Positions 10,690 to 18,671 of a DNA stretch of 64,000 nucleotides are shown here, piece after piece. Source of the stretch: Candidatus Thorarchaeota archaeon (GTDB lineage: Archaea; Asgardarchaeota; Thorarchaeia; Thorarchaeales; Thorarchaeaceae); the NCBI GenBank assembly GCA_020348985.1, contig CP070761.1, positions 2,300,310 to 2,364,309 on the forward strand. Direction: 5' to 3'. The position numbers were made by a program, and so were the translations under genes. Position 1 is the stretch's first letter. Every line of letters starts with the position of its first letter. The notes beneath the pieces were generated by a model. It saw nothing but the letters and a program-made list of their open reading frames with translations, had not been told where the DNA came from and ran no database searches.

Positions 10690-10773
10690 TCTGTTTTCAA
10701 CACGGCAGACCTTTTGGCTGCATGTCTCAAACTCACATTTAAAGTCAAGAGTCTGCTCAACTCTTTCAGGTTC

Positions 10774-11547
10774 CTATACTATGACAACAGCATCCACGAA
10801 AAGCTCGTAGTCCTCATCCTCATCCAAGTTATGAATCAGAACTTTCTCGACCTCGAATTCTCCACGTATCTCAAGCAACCTTGATTCGGTTAGTATTTTG
10901 ACTGAAGAGTTCTCAAGCTCTTCCTTCAATTCATCCGTCGTAACGATCTCATCTGCTGCGGTCAAGAGCACCACCCGGTCAGTAACTGATGTCAGCTCTA
11001 GTGCCACGTCAACTGACTCGTCTCCGGTGTGAACCACTAGAGTTCTCTTCTCCTCGAAGTCAGATGCGTCCATTACAGTCCTGTAGAGTCCATTGTCAAG
11101 ATACTCGTCAGCTCCCACGAGACAGTCAAGATCAAACTCTGTTCCGTCCTCTGACTGAATAGCCTTGATCCCGCGCTGGCGATAGTTCTTGATGGCTTCA
11201 TGTAATGCGTCCGCCGCGAGATTGGAACAATGCATCTTGATTGGAGGAAGACCATCAAGTTCGTCTGCGACATCGTCACGAGTTACCTGCATCGCCTCAT
11301 CAAGCGTCATTCCCACAACCATCTCTGTGGTCATGCTGCTTGTAGCTATCGCAGAACCACACCCAAATGTCCTGAACTTGGCCTCCACGATACGGTCGTC
11401 TTGGACACGAATGAACACTTCCATCAGATCTCCGCAAGTTGGGTTTCCGACACGGCCACTAGCTACGTCATCGCCTTCAAGAACGCCAACATTCCTGGGA
11501 TTTCTGAAGTGGTCGAGAACTTTCTCACTGTATTGTGTTGATTTCAT
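10774..11547 (-). CDS. iscU: Fe-S scaffold IscU/NifU-N fused to a degenerate thioredoxin-reductase-like nucleotide-binding domain
   Basis: YSEKVLDHFRNPRNVG, PTCGD, FGCGSAIA, LPPIKMHCS; extra ~120-aa C-terminal domain. Confidence 0.9.
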   Translation of the reverse strand: MKSTQYSEKVLDHFRNPRNVGVLEGDDVASGRVGNPTCGDLMEVFIRVQDDRIVEAKFRTFGCGSAIATSSMTTEMVVGMTLDEAMQVTRDDVADELDGLPPIKMHCSNLAADALHEAIKNYRQRGIKAIQSEDGTEFDLDCLVGADEYLDNGLYRTVMDASDFEEKRTLVVHTGDESVDVALELTSVTDRVVLLTAADEIVTTDELKEELENSSVKILTESRLLEIRGEFEVEKVLIHNLDEDEDYELFVDAVVIV

Positions 11548-11558
11548 TCAATTTTCAC

Positions 11559-12728
11559 CTACTTCTTTCTCTTGTAGACTGGTGACATATCCCTTAGTCT
11601 CGTTACTATCTCAGGAACCGCCTCTAGAACAACATCGATGTCTTCGTCTTTGTTGAAGCGGCCCACGGTGAGTTGTAGAGAACCATGTGCTTCCTCATGC
11701 AGTAAACCTGTTGCAATGAGTGTATGAGATGGCTCAAGTGTTTTCGAGGTGCAAGCTGAACCTGTTGAAACTGAGATTCCACGGTCCTTGAAAGAAAGCA
11801 GCAATGCCTCTCCTTCGATTCCCTCAAATCGTATGTGTGCATTGCTTGCCAACCTCTGTTCAGGATGTCCGTTTAGATAGCTGTCGGGAACGGTACCCAG
11901 AATCTCTTTGATCAGCCGGTCTCGATAGGTTTTGAAACGCTTGACCTCTTCGGGAAGCTCTTTCTCCATAATCTCTGCGGCTGCACGCATGCCAACAATA
12001 CCGGGCATGTCCTCAGACCCGGATCTAAGCCCTCTTTCCTGTCCGCCACCTATGAGAACAGGGTTCACTCTGAATCCCTTTCTCATAACAAGCACGCCGA
12101 CTCCTCTTGGACCGTAGATATCATTCGAAGATAGTGACATCAGATTGATGCCATCCCTCTTGACATCAAGTGGGAGGAGGCCTTCTGCAGCTACAGCATC
12201 TGTATGAAAGGCAATCCCTTTCTCTGATGCCAGTTTACCAATCTCCTCGATTGGCTGTATCGTACCAATCTCATTATTTGCTATTCCGATTGAAATCAGT
12301 ATTGTCTTGTCTGTGAGCCTTCGTTCAAGCTTCGATAGACTCACGCGTCCGTACTGATCGACGGGGACCTTTGAAACATTGAATCCCTGTCTCTCTAGAT
12401 ACTTGGCAATGTTATGAATCGAAATGTGCTCGACTTCTGATATGACTATGTGATTCCCTTTTCTTTTGTTCTTCATTGCATATCCAATGATTCCCAAGTT
12501 GATTGACTCAGTAGCTCCCGACGTGAAAATGATTTCATCAGTATCAGAGTTCACAAATCTGGCAATTGTTTTGCGGCTCTCTTCCAAAGCCTCTGTCGCC
12601 AAATCTCCGACATTGTGTAGGGTCGATGGATTTCCGAACCTGTCGCGCAGATAGGGCGTCATCTCATCGATAACCCGCGGGTCCACGGGTTTGGCTGACT
12701 GATAATCCAGATATACTTCGGACGTCAC
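11559..12728 (-). CDS. iscS: Cysteine desulfurase
   Basis: IIFTSGATES, NNEIG, HTDA, GGGQE, STGSACTS; the usual SxHK PLP motif reads SSNDIYGP. Confidence 0.88.
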   Translation of the reverse strand: MTSEVYLDYQSAKPVDPRVIDEMTPYLRDRFGNPSTLHNVGDLATEALEESRKTIARFVNSDTDEIIFTSGATESINLGIIGYAMKNKRKGNHIVISEVEHISIHNIAKYLERQGFNVSKVPVDQYGRVSLSKLERRLTDKTILISIGIANNEIGTIQPIEEIGKLASEKGIAFHTDAVAAEGLLPLDVKRDGINLMSLSSNDIYGPRGVGVLVMRKGFRVNPVLIGGGQERGLRSGSEDMPGIVGMRAAAEIMEKELPEEVKRFKTYRDRLIKEILGTVPDSYLNGHPEQRLASNAHIRFEGIEGEALLLSFKDRGISVSTGSACTSKTLEPSHTLIATGLLHEEAHGSLQLTVGRFNKDEDIDVVLEAVPEIVTRLRDMSPVYKRKK

Positions 12729-12752
12729 TCTTTCTCCCCTTGCGTCAGAATT

Positions 12753-13127
12753 CTAGAACCACATCGTAGCATCAGCATCTAATGCTAGATCATTCAGTGT
12801 AGCAGCTCCAACAATCTCACAGGATTCGACAAGCTCTACAGTATCCCATCCTAGCATCTGTTTCGATGCCTCACAAGCATAAATCTTGACTCCCTGACTG
12901 GCAGTCTCTTTCAGCATGTCTGCAATGCTAGGGAATGTTCCAAGCCTGATTTTCTCTGCAGAACCCGGCTCCAATACTCTCAGACCCTGCCCCAGGTAGT
13001 AGACAATTGCTTCTAGATCCATTGCTTTCGCTATCTGAGCAAGTACGAGCGGTGAGTATTGACGCTCGGGATCGTCGCTTGTCTGGACGTAGAGTATCGT
13101 CTTCTTCTCTTCGCTCATATGTTTCAC
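12753..13127 (-). CDS. DsrE/DsrF-family sulfur relay protein
   Basis: GVKIYACEAS, IVGAATL; lies between tusA and iscS; start may be 13118. Confidence 0.8.
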   Translation of the reverse strand: MKHMSEEKKTILYVQTSDDPERQYSPLVLAQIAKAMDLEAIVYYLGQGLRVLEPGSAEKIRLGTFPSIADMLKETASQGVKIYACEASKQMLGWDTVELVESCEIVGAATLNDLALDADATMWF

Positions 13128-13370
13128 CTACTTCATTCTTCTAAACAGGAATCGTAACACGCCGTCTTCAAGTCGCTCTATGGATAGGAGTTCATGACCA
13201 GTCCTCTTTGCCCACCTCTTCATGTCCTCCTCCGCACCTGGGTCATCAGCCAGCATCTCGAGTACTTGGCCCACTTCAATAGAATTGATTCCTTTCTTGA
13301 CCTCGAATATCGGCTGAGGGCAGAACAGGCCCACACAGTCCAGAGTCTTGATCGGTTCCAGCTCAGTCAT
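13128..13370 (-). CDS. tusA: Sulfur carrier TusA/SirA
   Basis: LDCVGLFCPQP and LADDPGA motifs. Confidence 0.9.
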   Translation of the reverse strand: MTELEPIKTLDCVGLFCPQPIFEVKKGINSIEVGQVLEMLADDPGAEEDMKRWAKRTGHELLSIERLEDGVLRFLFRRMK

Positions 13371-13403
13371 TAGAAGCCCCTTTCACTATAGTTAATCGAA
13401 TTC

Positions 13404-13428
13404 TTGTTAACTTTGTTAACTTATAACC
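13404..13428 (-). promoter_or_regulatory. TATA box followed by two tandem GTTAAC palindromes (putative operator of the tusA-iscU operon)
   Basis: TTGTTAACT twice (13404-13421) abutting TTATAA (13421-13426). Confidence 0.45.
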
Positions 13429-13441
13429 TTATTGATGCGAA

Positions 13442-13852
13442 TCACGCCTTCTGTGCTCTCTTTGCTTCTAGCTCTTCTTGCAGTACTCTGCAGCGGTCTA
13501 GCCAAAGTGCCTGGTATTGTTCAGGACCAACAAGTCGTGACTTCAAGTCCTTGGCAGTTGTAATGCCTTCCTCCTTGCACCATCTCACACAGATGGCATA
13601 CGCTTCCCAGTCCATTTCGGTGTCTTCCCAAACAATTTCGACATCTTGCGCCCCGCTCACATACCAGGCTAGCAGTCGGGTATGTCCATCAGTAGAGACG
13701 TATTCACCATTCAAGAGCTTGACTGGCACAGGTTCGAGGGCATTTTCTCCTCCATCCTCAAAGAGACCCATGACTAGAGCGAGCTTCTCTTCGCTGATAT
13801 ACAGCTGACTTGGCTGAATCTTGTCGATTCCAAGTCTGAAGGTGTGAGTCAT
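13442..13852 (-). CDS. ParB/sulfiredoxin-like protein
   Basis: IQPSQLYIS, PVPV, DGHTR motif; ATG 13852 avoids overlap with the divergent gene. Confidence 0.75.
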   Translation of the reverse strand: MTHTFRLGIDKIQPSQLYISEEKLALVMGLFEDGGENALEPVPVKLLNGEYVSTDGHTRLLAWYVSGAQDVEIVWEDTEMDWEAYAICVRWCKEEGITTAKDLKSRLVGPEQYQALWLDRCRVLQEELEAKRAQKA

Positions 13853-13916
13853 TCTGATTATCCAATCTGAGGAGCAATCTATATAGCTGTTCATAATGTG
13901 TCTTGTAGGAATCAAC

Positions 13917-15101
13917 ATGTCACATGAACTCGAACAGGAGAAGAGCAAGCAGGCTTGCAAGATTATGGATGAATTGGACCTTGATGTTTGGCTTGTTTGG
14001 GTTAGAGAGACCTCCCAGATGGCTGACCCCGTCCTAGAACTAATTCTAGGAGCAGACCTTGTCTGGCAATCTGCACTCCTTTATTCTAGAAACGGAGAGA
14101 AGGTTGCCATTGTAGGAAACTTCGACGCAGATGGCATCAAGAGTACGGGAGTGTTTGACAAGATTGTCCCGTATACACAGAGTATCACAGAGGACTTCCT
14201 CACAGAGCTTGATAGACTGGCACCAAAGAACATCGGGATCAACTTCAGCACCAATGATGTCACTGCCGACGGTCTTTCAGTAGGTATGCACATGCTGTTG
14301 AAGGAGATGTTGAAAGACACGAAGCACATTGATGTCCTTACTTCAGCGGAAGCACTGATTGGCAAGCTACGTGGAAGGAAGGTAGCAGGAGAGCTCACAA
14401 GGATCGAGAAGGCAGTAGAAATAACCGAGAGGATCTTTGATGAGTCGCAACAGTTCGTCAGAGTTGGTCTTACAGAACTTCAGGTGTATGATTTCTTTCA
14501 TCAGAGAATGAGAGAATACGGCGTTTCTTCGGCTTGGTATGAAGATCACAATCCTGCTGTCGATGCTGGCCCCAACAAGCAGTTTGGGCACTCTGGGCCC
14601 ACAGACAGTAAGCTCAAGTCGGGTCACCTCCTGCACTTCGATTTCGGTGTCAAGTATGAAGGCTACTGCTCAGACATTCAAAGGATGTTCTTTTTAGGAT
14701 CAGAGCTTGAAGTTCCCGAGGAGATCAAGACCGCCTTTCAAGCAGTCAATGATGCCATTACTGCGGCATCTGAATTCGTCAAACCTGGGATTAAGGGCCA
14801 TGAAGCAGATGCCGTAGCAAGAGACCTTGTGAAAGAACGTGGATATGAGGAATATCAACACGCCCTTGGTCATCAGCTGGGACGGAACGCACACGACGGC
14901 GGCACTCTCCTTGGTCCATTGTGGGACAGGTATGGGGAAACACCGAATGGCATTGTTGAGGAGGGCAATGTTTTCACGCTGGAGCTGTACGTGTCCACGG
15001 AGAACTACGGACAACTTAGTCTTGAGGAGGACATTATTGTTACTTCTACGGGATGCAGATTTCTGTCCCAAAGACAGCTTGAGTTGGTGTACATCGACTA
15101 G
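13917..15101 (+). CDS. Xaa-Pro aminopeptidase/prolidase (M24)
   Basis: DFGVKYEGYCSDIQR, HALGHQLG..HD, FTLE, LEED. Confidence 0.9.
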   Translation: MSHELEQEKSKQACKIMDELDLDVWLVWVRETSQMADPVLELILGADLVWQSALLYSRNGEKVAIVGNFDADGIKSTGVFDKIVPYTQSITEDFLTELDRLAPKNIGINFSTNDVTADGLSVGMHMLLKEMLKDTKHIDVLTSAEALIGKLRGRKVAGELTRIEKAVEITERIFDESQQFVRVGLTELQVYDFFHQRMREYGVSSAWYEDHNPAVDAGPNKQFGHSGPTDSKLKSGHLLHFDFGVKYEGYCSDIQRMFFLGSELEVPEEIKTAFQAVNDAITAASEFVKPGIKGHEADAVARDLVKERGYEEYQHALGHQLGRNAHDGGTLLGPLWDRYGETPNGIVEEGNVFTLELYVSTENYGQLSLEEDIIVTSTGCRFLSQRQLELVYID

Positions 15102-15167
15102 AAAGTTGAGATTCATTCAAGATATACTGAAATCAACAAACAATGGCTTGTCACATGGGTATGACTT

Positions 15168-15323
15168 GTGTCGGAGAAGCCACGTGCATTGAGTGCAGAG
15201 TTCGTTAGCGTCAAAATGATGCGGAACCTGATCAAATCCCAGCTGCCATTCCTCACGTACGAACAGGTGCACCTTTTTTTCGACATGGTGAAACGCTGGT
15301 CTAAGGAAGAGGAAGTCTACTAG
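15168..15323 (+). CDS. Putative small protein (51 aa) below the ORF-track cutoff
   Basis: GTG...TAG, MSEKPRALSAEFVSVKMMRNLIKSQLPFLTYEQVHLFFDMVKRWSKEEEVY; ends 3 nt from the convergent speA stop. Confidence 0.4.
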   Translation: MSEKPRALSAEFVSVKMMRNLIKSQLPFLTYEQVHLFFDMVKRWSKEEEVY

Positions 15324-15326
15324 ACG

Positions 15327-17180
15327 TCAGCGGCTTCCAGACATGTAAGGGTCGTCCTTGGTGTCTATGTCTTTGTAGCCAACTTCTTCGAGGATGTCTC
15401 CCATTCTTTCTGCTCCTTCCACCCAAGTAACGCTCCACCTTCCTTGCTCGGACACAGACACCTCAATGTCCGGAAGGTCGCCGAGGAGGTTGTGATTCAT
15501 TTCGATAACGTCTTGGTACGCTCCAGTGAGTGCTATGACAAAGAACGATCCGTGAAGATTCTCGAGGCGGCCGATAGGTACTCCCTTTCCCTTCTCGGGT
15601 TTTGGCATTGTCATTGGGCGAAAGTCCTTCGTGAACCAAATGGTTTCGGTCTGAGGTCTATGGAATTGAGAGAATTCACCGTCTGAGTCACACGTTATGT
15701 CGACTAGTCTGACCGTGGTCTCAGGATGTACATCAAGTGAGGCATGAGGGACGATTGGGAAGTGCTGATGAACAAGCACATAGTCTCCTATTGCGTTGAA
15801 GACACTAAAATTTCCAACAACGATATGTTCAGGATACCAGAAGCTCCTCAACATGCCGCTGGAAATGAAATCGGTCTCACCTCTTGGTGCAAGGGTTTCA
15901 GCGATGTGTCTTCTTACTGCTGATTCAAGCTCACCAACTATCATCTCGTTTTCCAGAGTGCGTCTCAGGTCCGTTCCAGGAACAGTGTGAATTGAATGGA
16001 ACTCATTCCACAATGGTACTAGATCTTTCACTGTCGTAGTCCTAGAGATACGACCCAGCCACTCATCCCTTGCGGCCGTCAGCTCTTCTGATGTATACTC
16101 CTCTGGCTCGGGGAACACAGATCTCACTTCCAATCCTTCAACTACGACTATGGAGCCAAGAGCAGTTATTCCCCTCCCCGATTCCACTAGGATGTCAGGG
16201 GCCGGCCTCTTCGTGGAATCTACAGATAATCCCCGTTGGATGCCTTGGACTAGTTGACGAGCATACTCCTCCATGTAGTCCTCTCTGTTGGTGCTATCAT
16301 AGTCAATGGCAAGCCCTCCCCCAAAGTCGATAATCTTCAGATTTCGGAGACCCATATCCAAAAGCTCGACATACACTCTCGTCATGTATTCTCCTAGTCT
16401 TCCAAAGCTTGTGACATCCTCAATCTGCGATCCTGCATGGGCGAGAATCGTAGTGATACAGCCTTCAAATCCTGAGGCTTTGAACAACTCCACAACGCTG
16501 AACAAATCGTGAATGCTCAGACCAAACTTTGAGTCACGACCTGAAGAATGTGACCAGTGGCCTTCTACAGAGATGTACGGCTTCAGCCGCAAGACTAGCT
16601 CCGTCTTCTCAGACTCGAATCTCTCTGTGATGAGCTTTGCCTCATGAACTGATTCGACGGAGACAGCCATATGAAACCCGTCTTCCTGCATCTCATGAAT
16701 CATATCGAGGTATTCAGGATCCTTGGCTCCGTTGCAGATGATTCTCCGTTGCTTGGCGTCGCCAATGACTCGTTGGATGAGCAGCAGTTCAGCCTTTGTA
16801 CCGGCCTCCAATCCATAGGCTGGATCGGAACCCACCACCGTTGTGACACAATCTTTTCTCTGATTGACCTTGACAGGATATACAGCGAGAAACTCCCCGG
16901 GATAATCCAGATCGTTTCTGGCCTTATCGAAAGCAGACTTCAGCCGATTCATTTGGGATATTATGAGCTGAGGCACCCTTAGTGTGAAAGAAGTCGTATA
17001 GCCATCATACTCGAAATTCTTCGAATGTATTCGACGAATGATTTCTTCAAAGGAAATGGAATGTTCTCCGATTTTGAGCAGCAAGTACCCATCGTCGTCA
17101 ATGTCCAAGAACCTGAGATCATTTCTTCCGATGCCGTAGACCTTCCTTGCCTTCTCTATTGACCACTCACTCTCACTCAC
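15327..17180 (-). CDS. speA: Biosynthetic arginine decarboxylase (PLP, alanine-racemase fold)
   Basis: VYPVKVNQ, GLEAGTKAEL, CNGAKD, SKFGL, DFGGGL, ESGR, ITCDSDG, GAYQD. Confidence 0.9.
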   Translation of the reverse strand: MSESEWSIEKARKVYGIGRNDLRFLDIDDDGYLLLKIGEHSISFEEIIRRIHSKNFEYDGYTTSFTLRVPQLIISQMNRLKSAFDKARNDLDYPGEFLAVYPVKVNQRKDCVTTVVGSDPAYGLEAGTKAELLLIQRVIGDAKQRRIICNGAKDPEYLDMIHEMQEDGFHMAVSVESVHEAKLITERFESEKTELVLRLKPYISVEGHWSHSSGRDSKFGLSIHDLFSVVELFKASGFEGCITTILAHAGSQIEDVTSFGRLGEYMTRVYVELLDMGLRNLKIIDFGGGLAIDYDSTNREDYMEEYARQLVQGIQRGLSVDSTKRPAPDILVESGRGITALGSIVVVEGLEVRSVFPEPEEYTSEELTAARDEWLGRISRTTTVKDLVPLWNEFHSIHTVPGTDLRRTLENEMIVGELESAVRRHIAETLAPRGETDFISSGMLRSFWYPEHIVVGNFSVFNAIGDYVLVHQHFPIVPHASLDVHPETTVRLVDITCDSDGEFSQFHRPQTETIWFTKDFRPMTMPKPEKGKGVPIGRLENLHGSFFVIALTGAYQDVIEMNHNLLGDLPDIEVSVSEQGRWSVTWVEGAERMGDILEEVGYKDIDTKDDPYMSGSR

Positions 17181-17212
17181 ATTAGTGACCTCTGCCTTGC
17201 GGATGTAGAATC

Positions 17213-18664
17213 CTATTCTTCTTCACCGATGGTATCAAGCATCCCTTGAAATGCTCTGGCGAGATCTCCTATCTCGTCATCCTGTGCCATGAAGGATTCG
17301 TCTACTCGTAGGTCTAGTGTATCTAGGTCTTGTTGCTTAATCATTGCTTCGACATTCCTCATAGCGAGATCCATCAAGTACTGCAATGGCTTAGCAATTT
17401 GGTTCGTAACAACCGTAGCTACAATGCCTGCCAGCACAATGCCTCCGATAGTCACCATCAAGATGAACGATATCGCCGCTGTGTTGGCTTGTGCTATCCT
17501 TGATTCAAGTTGTGGTATGGCAGCAAGCGCCTCCTCCACAGGAACTATGATTGTGCAGATGTACCCCCCGATCCCGACGGGAGCATAAGCCAGAACCATG
17601 TCTCTTCCACTATCCTGAAACTCGATGATCCCTGTACCTCCTGACGTGACTTGTATGATCTGTGCCGTTTCTAACGCTTCAAAATCTTCGAGTGCTGGAA
17701 GATCGGGTTCGTAGAATGCATAGACTGAATCATCAACCTCATGATGGGCCACAATTCCGCCGTCAGAAGTGATCAGTGTGGCATTGCCAGTGTCTAGGAC
17801 TCTGACGTCTAGAATCTTGTCTCTAATGTCATCTACAGTTATGTCACCAGCAATAATACCGAGAAGTGTTCCATTCTGATGATAGAAGGCTCTGCCTATT
17901 GAAAGCAGCAAAACACCATCTATTGGATCGTAGTACGGTCCATCGTATACAATCTCGCCTCCACCATCACGGATGGCCATATACCATTCCTCTTCTGCAG
18001 CCCTGAATTGATCCTGTGGGTCCAATCTGTCAGCTACTGTTCCACCGACCACGCTTCCGGGATAGTTGATGAAGAGGTTGTTTCTGAAAGCAACATAGAG
18101 CCATCTAAACTCAGGCATCTGATTGTGAATGTATTGGAATATGTAATCCAGATTTGAGACACGACTCAATGTTTCATTATGTTGAGTCTCATAGGTCTGG
18201 TAGTTTGTGGGAGTCGAGCCAGGAACATACCAGCTACTATAGCTGAAAGATGCATTGACCTCCCTCCACGGATCCCACTCAATATCTGTTGGAATCGGAC
18301 CTTCTGATATGTGTTCAAAGAAGTAGTCGTAGTATACTTCTCTTGCTCTAAACGTTGATTCAGTCGTGAACAATCCTTCGCATTCTTCAGCCATCGCTCT
18401 AACCATCGATTCGGCAGTCAATAGCTTTTGGTTGATTACTAGTGCATTCTGTTCAGCAGTTTGCTCTATACTTCGCTCTATCTGATTACTTAGAGCTGTT
18501 GTGCTCTCGGTAGTTGTGAAACCACCTATTAGGTCCACGAAGAACAGAGAGACTGCTCCAGTAGCTCCAAGCGAGATGATCGATATCAGAAGGAAGGTGA
18601 CTATGACATTTCTTCTGAAGCTGCCCTTCTTTTTAGTAACAGTATAAGATTGCGCCATATTCAT
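17213..18664 (-). CDS. Membrane sensor TM-dCache-TM-HAMP with no cytoplasmic output domain
   Basis: Two TM helices; EEWY...GPYYDP...GIIAGDI Cache motifs; KPL...DEIGDLARAF HAMP, then stop. Confidence 0.85.
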   Translation of the reverse strand: MNMAQSYTVTKKKGSFRRNVIVTFLLISIISLGATGAVSLFFVDLIGGFTTTESTTALSNQIERSIEQTAEQNALVINQKLLTAESMVRAMAEECEGLFTTESTFRAREVYYDYFFEHISEGPIPTDIEWDPWREVNASFSYSSWYVPGSTPTNYQTYETQHNETLSRVSNLDYIFQYIHNQMPEFRWLYVAFRNNLFINYPGSVVGGTVADRLDPQDQFRAAEEEWYMAIRDGGGEIVYDGPYYDPIDGVLLLSIGRAFYHQNGTLLGIIAGDITVDDIRDKILDVRVLDTGNATLITSDGGIVAHHEVDDSVYAFYEPDLPALEDFEALETAQIIQVTSGGTGIIEFQDSGRDMVLAYAPVGIGGYICTIIVPVEEALAAIPQLESRIAQANTAAISFILMVTIGGIVLAGIVATVVTNQIAKPLQYLMDLAMRNVEAMIKQQDLDTLDLRVDESFMAQDDEIGDLARAFQGMLDTIGEEE

Positions 18665-18671
18665 CCTCCTC

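Noticed and set aside
9313-13852. Dnd-like DNA phosphorothioation system (IscS + ParB-like protein + MTase)
   Set aside because: No DndC/PAPS-reductase, DndD ATPase or DndE/Ssp genes; the tusA-dsrE-iscS-iscU order is explained by sulfur relay and Fe-S assembly.
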